Shown here: in pieces, positions 36,601 to 48,429 of the stretch
Layout: each line of letters begins with the position of its first letter
Position numbering within the stretch: position 1 is the first letter of the stretch
Origin: Vicugna vicugna
Lineage: Eukaryota
Assembly: GCA_013265495.1 (NCBI GenBank)
Contig: MU058584.1
Span: forward strand, 6,786,407 to 6,850,406
Length of the DNA stretch: 64,000 bases
Direction: 5' to 3'
Notes under the pieces: model-generated
What the model was told of the DNA's origin: nothing
The model's database searches: none
Seen by the model: the letters and a program-made list of their open reading frames with translations, nothing else
Made by a program: the position numbers and the translations under genes

Positions 36601-39600
36601 TCAGAATATAGACAGTACTTAGAGGCAGTGCCACGGTACAAGGCAGCTTGAAGATCCTGCTGGCCTTGACAAAAGAAGTTTCAATGTGATAGTGGGTCTA
36701 AGAGAAATGGCAGGTAATTCGAGCAGTTGAATCGAGCATTTTTCCAAACAGAATTCCAACTAATCTCATCACCCAGCTCAGTTTCCTCCCCAGTGGAGTC
36801 TCCCATGGCTCTGTCTCTCACAGCTCCCACCATCCTACAAGAACAAAGTCTTTTCCTTCAACATTGTTCACGTTCACCCCTAAGCTCAGATTGATCTGCA
36901 CTCACTAGAAATATTGCTGAATAAAAAAATAATCAAAAGCTCTCTCTAGTGACCAAAGATTCAAACTAGCCTCTTCCCTCTCCTGATCTTATTTAAATTC
37001 CTGGACTCTCCTTCCCTCACCTGACTTATGCCTTTGTCTACGTGGGGCTCACACTTCCCCCTCTAGGAGAGAACCCAACTGCAGACTTCCCATCTTTGGC
37101 TCCCTTCTTCCTATTTGACATTCTTTACATCACAACGACCACTTTGGAGTATACTGTATTAAGAACAATGGCTAACATTTTGAGCACTCTCTGTGTGCTA
37201 CAAACTATGCCAAAGTCTTTATATCACTTAGGTCTCCCAATGACCTGAGCTAGGTATAACTGTTATTGCCACTCCAGATGAGAAAGATGGGGCAAGAAAA
37301 GTTAAGAAACTTTAATTGGATCAAGGTTCACAGTTGATAAGTAGCAAAGAAAAAAATTCAAAGACCCAGGCACTCTGGTTTCAGGATTTTTTCCTGATAT
37401 AGGCTTTAACAGGCAAGAGGGCCAGGGTTCTTATTCTGGGATTTGGAGAGAGCTCTGTGGAAGAGAAAGATCATGGGAACCAGAGAAAGCAAAAAGCTAC
37501 TTCTCTTCCTCCACAGTGTTGCCTTACATCAGTTTTGCTCTTGGACTGTATTAGTGACAATCCATGGCACCCACAAAAAGAAAAATCTTCGGTAGTTTTC
37601 TCCTTCCATACTAATTAACAATTAATAATTATTAATTAATTATCACAGGCCAACAAAACAAAAAGGAATATTACCATTCTAACGGTTGTCTCTGTTTTCC
37701 ACACAGCACCCTGAGGAAAGAGCCTGTGTTCAATGACGAACTCCCAGCTCGCATCCTCTGTGGCACCGTGTCCGTTAAGCCTAATGTGAAGGAGTTCACA
37801 GAGACGTCAGCCATTTTTGAGGATGGAACCACGTTTGAGGCCATTGACTGTGTCATCTTTGCCACAGGCTACACCTACGCCTACCCCTTCCTTGATGACT
37901 CCATCATCAAAAGCAGAGATAATGAGGTCACCTTATTTAAAGGTGTCTTCCCGCCTCCACTGGAGAAGCCAACCCTGGCTGTGATTGGCCTTGTCCAGTC
38001 CCTTGGGGCTGCCATCCCCACAGCTGACATGCAGGCCCGCTGGGCAGCACAAGTACTAAAAGGTAAGTAGACAAAGAGGCTCATTGATGGGGAAGATGGA
38101 TGCCGATGAAAACAATAAGTCCTAATCACAAGGGACAAATCCTAGGTCCCATTCAGTTTCAAAAACCTATAATTCTATATTTTTGGTACTATATATGTAA
38201 TTAAAATATATCACATTAGATTATCATATGCAATAGTGTAAGATATTATTCAAGGAGGTTTTTTTTTTTGATGACCCCTTAGAAGTATTATTTACCCAAG
38301 AACTTTCATTGAATTTGAGAACATCAGAGCTTCTCATTTTAAGTGCAAGATAACTTTATAAAATTATGATTTCAAAAACTCAGTAGAATGATACTGCTTG
38401 AGAGATCAATAAAATAAGATGTTTCCAAGCCAATATCCAGACAACTTTAAATATCCACAGTTACAAAAAAAATTATGATTGCTGGAGAGGAAGTGGCTTT
38501 TCTGCTCTCTTTTCTACCCTGCCATGTGTCAGATAAGGACTGGTAGTAGATCATTAGAAACAGAAAGTACTTGATGTGATACACAGTCAGTCTCTAAGGT
38601 AGAGGAATACTAAGTCCCTGTATTTTAAAAAGGAAAAGGAAACAAACTTGACTGAGGTCTGGCAAAGAAGGAAGCAAGCATCATCCAGCCCCAGGTACTG
38701 GGATCAGATTCACACTAAGGTTGAATGCAGTTGTGCTCAGATTCAGATCATAAGACCAAACAGGGCCATGGTTAAAGAACAAATAGAGATGTCAGAGTTT
38801 AATGTGCGAAGTTTTGCTGGTCTTGGAGGTATGAGCTTCTGGATAAGGAATCTTAGCAGGCCTGTTTCCTTTGAAGCCACATTGAAGGCTTCCAGTCTAC
38901 CTGACTTGCTGGGATTTAAATGTCCTTTTATACTGTGTCATTTTTCACCACCAGGCTGCACATCACTACAGTCCTGTATATCAGTGATCTCTCTAAATCT
39001 CCTTCACTCCCCAGCCCCTAAGCAGAGATGTGTTGCAGGGTAATGTTGCTCCTGTGAGGTAGCAGCCACGAAGATGATGGCATGAAATTCCACTTAGAAA
39101 GAACTGCGCTTAGGATTCAGGTTCAGAAAGACTGGTATTAAAAGGCAAACACTTACTCTCTGTGAAGACAGGAGTTGTAACCTGGGCTCTGAAGAAAGGA
39201 GACAAAGCAGAGACCCAGTCAACAGAGGATCGATGTACAAGGTGAAGACTCAGTCTCAAGGGAAATGGGAGACAAGGCAATCAATCCAATTTGGGGGATC
39301 CAGGGCACCAGGACACAGGGGCCAATTACAAGTAGCCCAATGGCAGTAGCTGGCGGGCTACTGAGTACAGCCTCTTCTCCATCTCTCCTCTTGCTCAAGG
39401 ACAGAACGGGTTCTGAGGTTTGGAACAAAGCTGTCTCTACAAAGGCTGTTCACATGGTCCTGCCTATAAGGACTGCAGAACAGCGAGTTATGCAAGTCAT
39501 TGTAGATCTCGAGCAATTAGATCTAGGCTGGGAATTCTAGCCTTGTTCCAAGTGATCCCAAAATTGCCAAAGAAACAAACTAAATTTGATGTATCTCTGG

Positions 39601-41357
39601 GTATAAAGGTTTGGGTCTGGGTTTTAGAGAATTCTATAAACCTATGTCAGGATGAGCCTGAAATCCTGGGGCAGCCCCAACTCAGATCTGGTATATCCTT
39701 GGTGGCTTGTGGACAGTCCATATCCTCAGTCTTATCTAAGAACTATCGGCTTTTCAGAAGAAAATTGGGACTTCACTAAATTCTGTATCTTTTCTGTTGG
39801 AAATCCATTTTTCTGGCAAAGCAAGATAATTTCCTATGAAGTTTTTTTTTCATAAATCTTAAAGAGGTACTGATTTACCTTTGGCTATAATTTATTAGAT
39901 AACATTCTTAAAAATAAAGCTGAGAAATTAGAGTATAATCCTTGAAATTTATTTTTTTAAATCTGGTAACTAGTTTAAGAGCAAAGATACAAAGATATAA
40001 GGTTATTTGGGTATGGGCTTCTAATTATTGTGACAAATATCAGCGCTTAGAAGACTGAGAATGACCTGTATGTTTGTCCCAAAATGACCACTGCTCATTT
40101 GCTCAAGATTTTATTTTGCTAGACAATGACAAAAAAAAATTGGAAATACTAATGTGATTCATAACTCATTATTAAAAAGGAAACATTTCAGGCTGATCCT
40201 ATGCCAGACTCATTTTAACTACTATCATGTCTTTCTCTTTTTTTTAGGAACTTGCACTTTGCCTTCTGTCAAGGACATGATGAATGATATTGATGAAAAA
40301 ATGGGGAAAAAGCTCAAATGGTAAGAGCATCTATTATAAATGGGACTAGAGTTTTCATAGAAAAAAATCAGAATTTTGAACACTTGGAACCGATTTAGTC
40401 TTAAATGGTCCTGTGTGAGATCATTAGGGTGACAGCTATGAGCTAAATTCATTCATTCAACAGATATTTATCAAGGATCTAGTTTGCACCTGATACTAAG
40501 TCCTGTTTTAGCCCTCCATGGCTCCTGCAATACAGCATGGAAAGGAGACCCAGAAAGATTAGCAATCAGAGGCATTTGGGAACACATGGATGTAGGCTCC
40601 CATTTTTCAAGCCCATAAATCCCTTAAGTTGTAAAGGATGGCTTCTAGCCGATGGCTCTGATGAAAATGACTCAGCTAAGTGAGAAACAGAAGAACTGGG
40701 CTCCAATCCTACCTCTGCCACTAATTAGCTCAGTGGCCATAAATTCATAACTTTCCTTGAGCAAGAGACAATTTATCTACGTGTAAATCAGCCTTTCCCA
40801 GCTGCCCTGCGATGCTGTGGAATGTCCAAATGAGATCAGTTCAAGAAGGTCTTCAGGAAAAACTACCAAGTGCAGGATAAGGAGCAATTGCCTGCTTCCA
40901 ACACCAGGGACCAATGCGGATTCCTGCTGATAAAAGTGCGTGGGGCGTTTCCCCCATTCTTGTTTCTGCCCAGAGCTTGGATAGCCACAGCCTTGTTTCC
41001 TCTCTCACCTCTAGGTTTGGCAAAAGTGACACCATACTGACGGATTACATTGCTTACGTGGATGAGCTTGCCTCCTTCATCGGGGCAAAACCCAACATCC
41101 TGTGGCTGTTTCTCACAGATCCCAAGCTGGCCTTGGAGGTGTACTTTGGCCCTTGCAGCCCGTACCAGTTTAGGCTGGTGGGCCCAGGGAAGTGGCCAGG
41201 AGCCAGACACGCCATCCTGACCCAGTGGGACCGGTCACTGAAACCCATGAGGACAAGAGCTGTTGGGAATCCAGTGAAGCCTTGCTTATTTCACAGCTGG
41301 TTCAGGCCTGTTGCTATTTCTGTTGTGTCAGTTGCTATTTTCCTTCTGTTGATCTAA
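20299..41357 (+). CDS. FMO3: Flavin-containing monooxygenase 3 (trimethylamine N-oxygenase), complete spliced CDS: join(20299-20430,29040-29228,31252-31414,31666-31808,34691-34890,37707-38062,40248-40320,41015-41357), 532 aa
   Basis: Exon sizes 132/189/163/143/200/356/73/343 sum to 1599 nt, all GT-AG and in frame. Motifs: FAD-binding GAGVSG, FMO fingerprint [16 protein letters not shown]-binding GLGNSG, FATGY, and a hydrophobic C-terminal anchor. Numbering matches human FMO3 (N61, P153, E158, R238, E308, T329). Confidence 0.95.
21770..22960 (+). mobile_element. MaLR internal remnant (MLT1-int, ~21770-22280) plus MLT1D-like LTR (~22280-22960), interrupted by a ~116 bp insertion
   Basis: LTR motifs 'aaagatatcaggtcctaatccctagaacctgtaaatgtt...gcagacataattaagttaagaatcttgagatg...ggccctgctgacccc...ctggcctctggaatc...aataaattc...acaggaaagtaatac'. 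Confidence 0.75.
26258..26820 (-). mobile_element. MLT1-type LTR
   Basis: 'tgtattagttttctattgctgcatagcaaattgccacaaacttagcagctcaaaacaac...ctgaattcagttccttgctgttgtaaga'. Confidence 0.7.
28270..28680 (-). mobile_element. Old L1M 3' end, antisense
   Basis: 'ttaaccattttaaagcgttcaattccatggcattaag...ataagtggaatcacacagtgtttgtctttttgtgattgg...aggctgaataatactccattgtatg'. Confidence 0.75.
29040..29228 (+). CDS. FMO3: FMO3 coding exon 2 ([11 protein letters not shown]...RYIQFK)
   Basis: cacAG|GAC...AAG|gtaaga; 189 nt; includes N61. Confidence 0.95.
29622..30722 (+). mobile_element. 5'-truncated L1 with a 17-bp TSD, nested in an older L1 ORF2 relic (~29385-30800)
   Basis: Identical flanks AATATTTGTGGGAAGCA at 29605-29621 and 30723-30739. 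ORF2 C-terminal peptide [12 protein letters not shown]...[10 protein letters not shown]...CWRG, followed by 3' UTR and an A-rich tail. Confidence 0.92.
31252..31414 (+). CDS. FMO3: FMO3 coding exon 3 ([12 protein letters not shown]...NLPKESFP)
   Basis: ttAG|ACT...CCAG|gtaagg; 163 nt; not in the ORF track. Confidence 0.95.
31666..31808 (+). CDS. FMO3: FMO3 coding exon 4 ([11 protein letters not shown]...GLGNSG...IAGK)
   Basis: tcAG|GA...AAG|gtatgc; 143 nt. Confidence 0.95.
32265..32810 (-). mobile_element. L2 fragment
   Basis: 'cattcattcattc...ttaagagcctactatgtgccaggcactaccttgagtgctggaga...gtgaacaaaacaggc'. Confidence 0.65.
34691..34890 (+). CDS. FMO3: FMO3 coding exon 5 ([23 protein letters not shown]...GLMPLH)
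   Basis: taAG|GTC...GG|gtaagg; 200 nt. Confidence 0.95.
35140..35375 (-). mobile_element. MIR SINE
   Basis: 'cattatctcatttt...cattttagagatgagaaaactgaggctc...aaagtcacacag...aggtctgctgactccagcacccccactcttaaccact'. Confidence 0.7.
35590..36600 (-). mobile_element. L2 fragment
   Basis: 'cattcacttaacaaatatttattaagcgtgtattatgtgcccgg...atggcttgaactaggg...aagtgtggtcagattttggatatagtttgaaggt'. Confidence 0.7.
37707..38062 (+). CDS. FMO3: FMO3 coding exon 6 ([13 protein letters not shown]...FATGY...AQVLK)
   Basis: acAG|CACC...AAAG|gtaagt; 356 nt. Confidence 0.95.
40248..40320 (+). CDS. FMO3: FMO3 coding exon 7 ([24 protein letters not shown])
   Basis: Long polypyrimidine tract, ttAG|GA...TG|gtaaga; 73 nt. 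Confidence 0.95.
41015..41357 (+). CDS. FMO3: FMO3 final coding exon ([11 protein letters not shown]...VAIFLLLI*)
   Basis: ct[26 protein letters not shown] motif; hydrophobic tail; TAA ends at 41357. Confidence 0.95.
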
Positions 41358-41720
41358 GCATCATTCCCTCTAAGAGTCTGGATGTCACCGACTGCTCCTG
41401 GGAAGAAACTTTAACAGTTAAGGATTTCACACCTCCCACTTCCCTATTCAGCAGGCATTAGTCAGTAAAACAGTCCTACTTCTAGACTTTAAAATAAGCC
41501 CCTTTAAGAATCATGTCAAGATCTGACGAGAACATGAATCATTTATTTCCCTTTTAGGATCGACTAACTTTTCATAATTCCAAAATACTTCCATAATATT
41601 TCATAAATAGATATATGCTCTTGATCTCTAACCTAAATCAGCTCCTGAAACATTTGACATGATTCCTTTCCTCCGTGAAACAATGTTTAAAATATGTATT
41701 TCAAACCTAAACAAAGAGCA

Positions 41721-41726
41721 AATAAA
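41721..41726 (+). terminator. Candidate FMO3 polyadenylation signal
   Basis: AATAAA about 365 nt after the stop codon. Confidence 0.5.
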
Positions 41727-42224
41727 GCAGAAGAGCTAAGATATTGGTAGCCTCAGCCTGCTTCTACAAACCGTTTGCAGGTTCAAGGGGAGAATTTGGC
41801 TATTATATTCCATTTTCGTTTTCTGCTGCATCCTCTAGGCAATACCTCCCGTTCCCTGGCCAAGAAACAGTGTGGAGACCCCATCTATCATGAAAGTTAG
41901 CAAGAAGTAACTCATTGTATTTATATTCTCAATAAGGAAACAAACTTTCCAATGTGTAGCAGCAAAATAACATCAACAAAAACCATAATGAATAGAGCAC
42001 CAAATATATCTTTTAGCTGAATGGAAAATCTTTTAAAAAATTAAATATTTAGCCAAAATTGTTACCAAAGTCTAATGCTACCCTTATAAAACCTGATCAT
42101 GTATATCATATAGAATAATACATGCTTATAGATTGGTGTGCCAGAGTAGATCTAAATTTTTGGTTTTTAAGTATTACTACACGATATAATTAAATTTTTA
42201 ATCATTAAAATTTTTTAAGTTTGA

Positions 42225-42381
42225 GGGGGATGGTATAGCTCAGTGGTAGAGTGTGTGCTTAGCATGCATTAGGTCCTGGGTTCAATTCCCACTATCTCCA
42301 ATAAAATAAATAAATAAACCTAATTACCTCCCCTCAAACATAAATTAATTAAGTAAAAACAAATAGAAAATTTAAAAAAAA
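42225..42381 (+). mobile_element. tRNA-derived SINE, Vic-1-like (camelid), with TSD
   Basis: Pol III A box 'tagctcagtgg' and B box 'gggttcaattccc', A-rich tail, and the flanking repeat TTTTAAGTTTGA at 42213-42224 and 42382-42393. Confidence 0.8.
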
Positions 42382-45184
42382 TTTTAAGTTTGACATTATG
42401 GAGCAGATAAAATAATCTGTCCGTATTATCACTCATCAGAGGGCCCTGTATGTTGTTAAAATCCATATTTCTTACTATAGCTTCACTTCTAATCGAAGCC
42501 AATAGAGCAACAAGAAGAGGAGACCATATTTTTTTCTAGTTCTTTCTTCTGTTTTCTTTTTTAATTCTCTTAATATTTTTATCTTTGGGTACCAGATTTA
42601 CCATGGGTATTGTTGCCCACAACTTTAAATCATTCCCTTTTCCTAACTGTTTAAGTTAGCAAAATAACATTCTGCTTTCAAGGTCTTCTCACAAGAGGTG
42701 AAATATTCCCAAATATTCCCAAGTGAGACAGAACTTTTCCTGAAACATTGTAGCCTAAATGGACTCAAGTAAACAAAAATTAAATACACACATAAAATTT
42801 ATTTGTTTAGTGTTATAAATGCTAGTATGCAAAATAAATTTAAGATTAACATTGATGTGACATAACTTCTGTTATCCTTCCTCATGTTATTTAACTTTTG
42901 GTAAAAGTTCATTGGCTTATGAAGGATATAATAGTCTTCCTAAACTGATGTAGACAACACACTCTCTTAATAGTTCTACTAACATCATCTATTTTCATAC
43001 TAAACTGAACTATTACCAATGTCTTAACTACTTTTGTATATAACATTTCTGCATATTTTACTCTGATGAAACCAGATATATGTGTATATATAAGTACCTA
43101 TTCCAACCAACTTGAAAAATTTGAATATATGAAGCACAGAAGATTTTTTCACTCTCAGTTTCATCTAGAAATTCTTACCAGTTCTTTAAAGTACATAGTC
43201 AGATATTAGAAATAAAACCAAATGGAATTTTTTTGTACAGCTGACACAGCTCTGCTGACTAGGTATGAAGGTGATTTGCAGGTTCATGGGATTATTGGCC
43301 ACACCCAGTTGCTGGGATGGTACCTTGAGGTGGGCTTTGGCAATTCAGCCGTTCAGAGGTTTCAAAGTTTCTGAAGCCAAGTAGTAGTTTTTGGCCAAAT
43401 ACTGAGACCAAAGACATTCTTCAGTGTATTTACCTACCAGTCTTCTTCACTTCCTCTTTTCCTTCCTTTCTTCTTCCTCTTCATCTGCTTCTTCTTCTCT
43501 GTTATTATTCTTACTTCTTTTTTCTTTTCCTAACTTCTTTGTCTTCCTTCTTCCCCTTCCTTCTTTCTTTCCCCTTTTCTTTCAGAAGAAATGATTGGAA
43601 GCAGGTGTATTCACTTTGAAGGACTCTTGGATCTTCTGGGATGGTGTCCCAGATGCTAACTCCAAACAGTCTTCCAAGAAGTGAGCACGTTCTGCTAGAC
43701 ACAACCATGCTAGAGTCCATCATGAAAATTCTCAGTTAGAAATGGTCCCTGCCTGCAGTCAGGTACAGTCTGGTATGTAACAGAAAACTGAAAAAGGGAA
43801 AATCTAACTCTGCTTTAAGCAAGCAAAAACACCTTTTATGGAGATCCAGCCTCTGTGCTCTCAGTTGCCCAAGATTTTCAGAAATTTCTAGCATCTGCTA
43901 TAATTTGAGTTTAATTAAAGTATTAAAGCTTAACTAATGCTCAGAATAATCCTTTGACTTGAGTCTTATCACCAGGGCTTCTCAGCAGTCGAGAAGCTTG
44001 ATTTTTTTTTTCCTGTCAGAACATTTTTTAAAATAAAAAAAAAAAGTCCAAAAAATTATAATTTGTTTAAAAAGTTTATATAGGTAAACTAAAACTTTCA
44101 AACAAAAGAATATGATGCAATATTACATATAAGCTCGCTGTACCCTAAGATAAAGCTGCAAGTTCAGTGTTTTAAGATAGGTAACTTCTTTCAGGTCTAT
44201 CACTGTGAATCTCATTTGGAGACAACATCAAAATATAAATGTGAGGCCCTTTATGAAGATGAGTCCTGGGCCACGGGGTCTCCCTGATGGCCCTTTTGAT
44301 CAAGGCGTTAGAAGTCAGCGGTCCCCAGCAGGATTCAATGCAATGCCCCCTTTTGATAGTAAGTATTTTGTAACACTCTATTTACAGAACTGAAGTGAAA
44401 TTTATATATAGCCTACCTACACACATAAAAATATACATCTTAATTAGTGTAGCCCCAATTGTCCTATACAATAGGACCTCTTCAGGTCTCTCACCTACAA
44501 ATACATATCCAGTGGGTTTCAAAAGTTGTTTGAAATACTGGACAAATCATTGTGCAGGATTGTACAGGGTCTCTCATGTCTCGTACTCTCCAATCATGCA
44601 ACAACAATAACAACAAAAAAACTGCCCCTGCAAATTCCAAAAATGTTCTAAGTGGAGCAAAGTCACCCCTAATAAGAATCATTATAGAATGCTTGAAAAA
44701 TATGAGTCTCAGAGATCATAATCCAAGATTACACACTCTTCCAGAAAGGGCACAGTTCAAACGCAAGGCCACATCTCATGATGTGTAATGCAGTACATTT
44801 TTTCAGAATGCCACAACTCCCTCCTAATTTGGAATGGATTTTCAAGGTGACATTTGACCTTTCTGTGTCTGTCCAAGGCCTGCTGATCTTTAGAGACACA
44901 GAAATCATGCAGCACATAGTTCCTTTCAATACAAATATACAAATCATAGTCCAGCTTACTGACACTGATAAATGATACTAGTTCCATGTAACCAGCCCTT
45001 TGTGTCGACATCCAAAAGTGATGGGGAATGGATGAGAGGCTCTTAATTCCTTTATCTGAATCATTTACTATAACAATTTTCTAGGTTTATGCATACCACT
45101 GCCTACTTGATATCTTTTCTTTCATGTAGATAGGCATCTCAAACATAAAACTACTAAATTTCACTTTTCATTTTCCCTGCCACC

Positions 45185-45610
45185 TGTTGGTGTCACGATG
45201 TCATGTACATATACACACCGTATGTGGAGAGAGCTGATGGCTACTCTAAAGCTTTATTAAGTTACATAGTCTTATATAGCAAAGAAGAATGATAAGGGAA
45301 ATGGTTAACAGGCAGCGTCTGGCTCAAGGTCAGAATACTCTTTATGTTTTGGTAAATCACGTTCATGTTGGCACCAGCGAGCCTTACAGCTTATCAGGGC
45401 AGAACATATGAGAAACAGCTGCTTAACAATATTCTTCTTGGACTCAGGTGGCTGTGCCTGTCTTAGGTTGCCCCCCTCTGGGGATCTTACCCGACCTTGG
45501 CTAACCAGCCTTCTCACCTCTGAGTCTGCAGCTTTTTATAACTTGTTTACCATTCCAGCCCAAGGTTCATTACTTTGTTCCCACAGTCGGGGGGGGCTAC
45601 ACCGCCAACA
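45185..45610 (-). mobile_element. ERV solo LTR
   Basis: Inverted termini TGTTGG...CCAACA. On the minus strand TATAAAA (~45540) precedes AATAAA (~45258). Interrupts the L2 sequence. Confidence 0.65.
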
Positions 45611-45737
45611 CATACATGTGTATCCCAAACTTGTTCCTTCCTCAGCCTTACTCATCATGGTAATAAGACATCTAAATATCTAGTTTCTCAAGCTAAAAAC
45701 CCAGGCATGATCCTTGATTCCTTTCTTTGCCTCATAT

Positions 45738-46118
45738 ACAAGTTTACTAGGGCTGCCATCACAAAATGCCTCAGACTGAATGGCTTAAACAACAGAAATG
45801 TATTTTCTCCCAGTTCTGGAGGCTGGAAGTTTAGAATCAAGGTGTCAGCAGGGCTGGTTTCTCCTGAGGCCTCTCTCCTTGGCTTCTCCTCCCTGTATCT
45901 TCACATGGTCTTCCCCTTTGTGTGCCTGTATCCAAATTTCCTATCCTTATAGAGACACCAGCCATACTGGATTAGGCCCACCCCAAAACCTCATTTTAAC
46001 TTACCTATCTCTTTAAGGACCTATGTCTGAATACAGTCACATTCTGAGGTACTGGGAGGAGGGGAGCTTAGAACTTCAACATAGGAATTTGAAGGGGGAA
46101 ACAATTTAGCTCATAACA
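45738..46118 (-). mobile_element. MLT1-type LTR
   Basis: 'ctagggctgccatcacaaaatgcctcagactgaatggcttaaacaacagaaatgt...gttctggaggctggaag...acagtcacattctgaggtactggg'. Confidence 0.8.
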
Positions 46119-48429
46119 CCTCACTACCTTCCCACGTACAGCATCATCAAATGTTTTCACTTCCCGCCACCTCACAGCCTCTGCCGTGGTCCAAGCTACC
46201 ATTACCTCTGACCCATTACTCTAAGAGCCTCTCAAGTAGTCCTTTGCTTCTAGTCTTACATCCTAACTTTCCATCTTTTATGCAGCAGCAAAAGTGATCT
46301 TTCTCAAACACCAATAGGATCGTGTTACCCCCAAGGTTAAATCCGTATGATGGTGAGTCATTGCAACTAGAATGAAATACGAAGTCCCATCATGACCTAC
46401 AAGATCCTGCTCTACCTTAACCCCATTTGATACATTTCTCCTCCCTTTCTATATTCCCATGGGGCTGGCTTTCTTTCAGCCTAAACTCATTCCCAACTCA
46501 AAACATTTTTGCTCTCCTTCTGCTTGAAGTGCTTTATCTCCAGATCTCTGCATACTGGCATTTTCTTACATTCAGATCTCAACTGACATAGTACAATCTC
46601 AGAAAGAAACACCTTCCCTGGCCACCCAACTTACATCAGCATAACCCTCTTTCAGACCATCCTATTTTATTTCCTTCTTAGCACTTTTTCTTTCTGAAAT
46701 CACCTTACTCATTTTTTCACTTGTTTCTTATCTATCTTCCCATTTCTTACCCCCAACTACAATATGAACTTAGATCTTTCCTGTTTTATTATCTACTACT
46801 GTATCCTCAGTTCCTTCAGTGTGTCTGATGCATAGTGGACACTCAATAAATATTTATTAAATTAATAAATAAGTTTCCATGTGTATTTACTATATAAAAA
46901 CATATATTTTAATATACATTCTTAATATATACTTATTTAAATAAAATTCTTTAACATGTTCCTTTTAAAGTCATCTTTATTCCATAAAATAAATAATATT
47001 GTTATTACCTTCAAATTGTGATATATTCATTACATAAAATGATACGTCCATTGGCACTTGGTAATGCAATGTAAATTTACTTTTACAGGTCCTAAGTATT
47101 ATAGTTGTCTTTTATCAAGATGACTAGTATCAAAATTACCCCATCATAACAAATCATATCAATATTTAATATTAAACCAATTAATATTAAATCAATAAAT
47201 AGTATGTGTTTTTAAGCAATTCTTTCTCATATCCAACCTACTGTCCTTGAAAAAAGGTTGAAATAGGCCAAGTGATAGATCAGGTTAGGTCAAGTTTGTA
47301 CTCTGTATTTGATACATTCACATTTATAGAAGCAATTGGGTATACTTGAAGCACAAAGGAATCAGATTCTTGAAAACAAGCCAAGATATTATTTATTTTG
47401 AAGCTGACCATTTTGAGGTTAATAGTCAACTAACAGAAAGAAACCCAGTTATTAATTTATGAGGCTAATCAACTTGCTACCTGAAGTCCAGAGGTACATC
47501 ATTGCCTTTGTTCATTATTACCATCATCTCTACCCAGATAGCATTGCCTTGAATTTTTAGGACATCACCCTGTTCTCCAAGCACTTTCGTATTTACTTTA
47601 TCAACCTCTTTTCATGAACAGCATGTAAGTTTATCAGCACATTCTCTATGCCCATATCGCATATGAGGAAATAAATACGCAAAAAAGCAGTGGTAGAGCC
47701 AGGGATCTTCCAATTCCCTGGCAGGGTGCAGGTTAATTCTATGACAAATCATAGGAGGAAAGTACCTACCAGCTAGAAACCCAGTTCTATGTTGACTGTT
47801 TCCCTGGGTTAAGATAACACTATTTAACAAAGGAAGTTCTGACTCCCCTTTCTAATCTTGAGATGGCACCTACAGTCCTCAAACTTTTTCTTATAGACTT
47901 TTGTCACAACTCCTTTTCATAGATTCAGTGACCAGACTTAGCTATGGAGGAAGCACTGGAAATAAACAGCTTACTAAGCTGGAAACATAAGTTGGTCAGA
48001 ATAATTGCCCATTTCTTCTTGCCAAAAGGATTAAGTTGTAATACTATACCCCACATAGAAATGTATAGCCTCCTGCTTGTTGTGTAATGGTGTAGCTGAC
48101 AAATAGAGATTTCAACTCTTTGTTGAGTCCATGGCACAGATATGTAGAAAGTCCAAGGCACTCCCTGACACTGGGAAAAACTATGGAGGCAATAAGGTTT
48201 GCTTTGAAGTTACCAGCTTTCCTTTTCTTTTTGTATTCCTTGAAATATTTGCCATGTCACCCAAATACCCACTGCTTTCATATTTCTTCTGCTTTCACAC
48301 TAATCTCAATAAAGAATCTATAATTCACTGTCATCAAGGATTACTAAAAACAGCTGAAAATGTCACCTCTCCTGAAGTGTACATTTCAACATCTCATTTA
48401 GATGATTGATACTCTAATTCTTGATGTAT

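Larger units (their letters stand above)
45085..46872 (+). mobile_element. L2 3' region split by two LTR insertions
   Basis: 'actgcctacttgatatc...aggcatctcaaac', 'gctaaaaacccaggcatgatccttgattcc', 'gtggtccaagctaccattacctct', ending 'actcaataaatatttattaaatt'. Confidence 0.7.

Noticed and set aside
38648..39855. Run of ORFs in a GC-richer part of an FMO3 intron, considered as an endogenous viral element or retrocopy
   Set aside because: The translations I examined gave no convincing match to viral (for example bornavirus) or cellular proteins, and there is no poly(A) or TSD. A TBLASTX search would be needed to exclude it fully.
40914..41014. N-terminal extension of the 147-aa ORF, and similar extensions on other FMO exon ORFs
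   Set aside because: Intronic read-through upstream of the AG acceptor at 41013-41014. The spliced model gives the expected 532 aa.
42225..42300. Possible cytosolic tRNA gene
   Set aside because: It has an A-rich tail, a TSD and mismatched stems, so it is a SINE.
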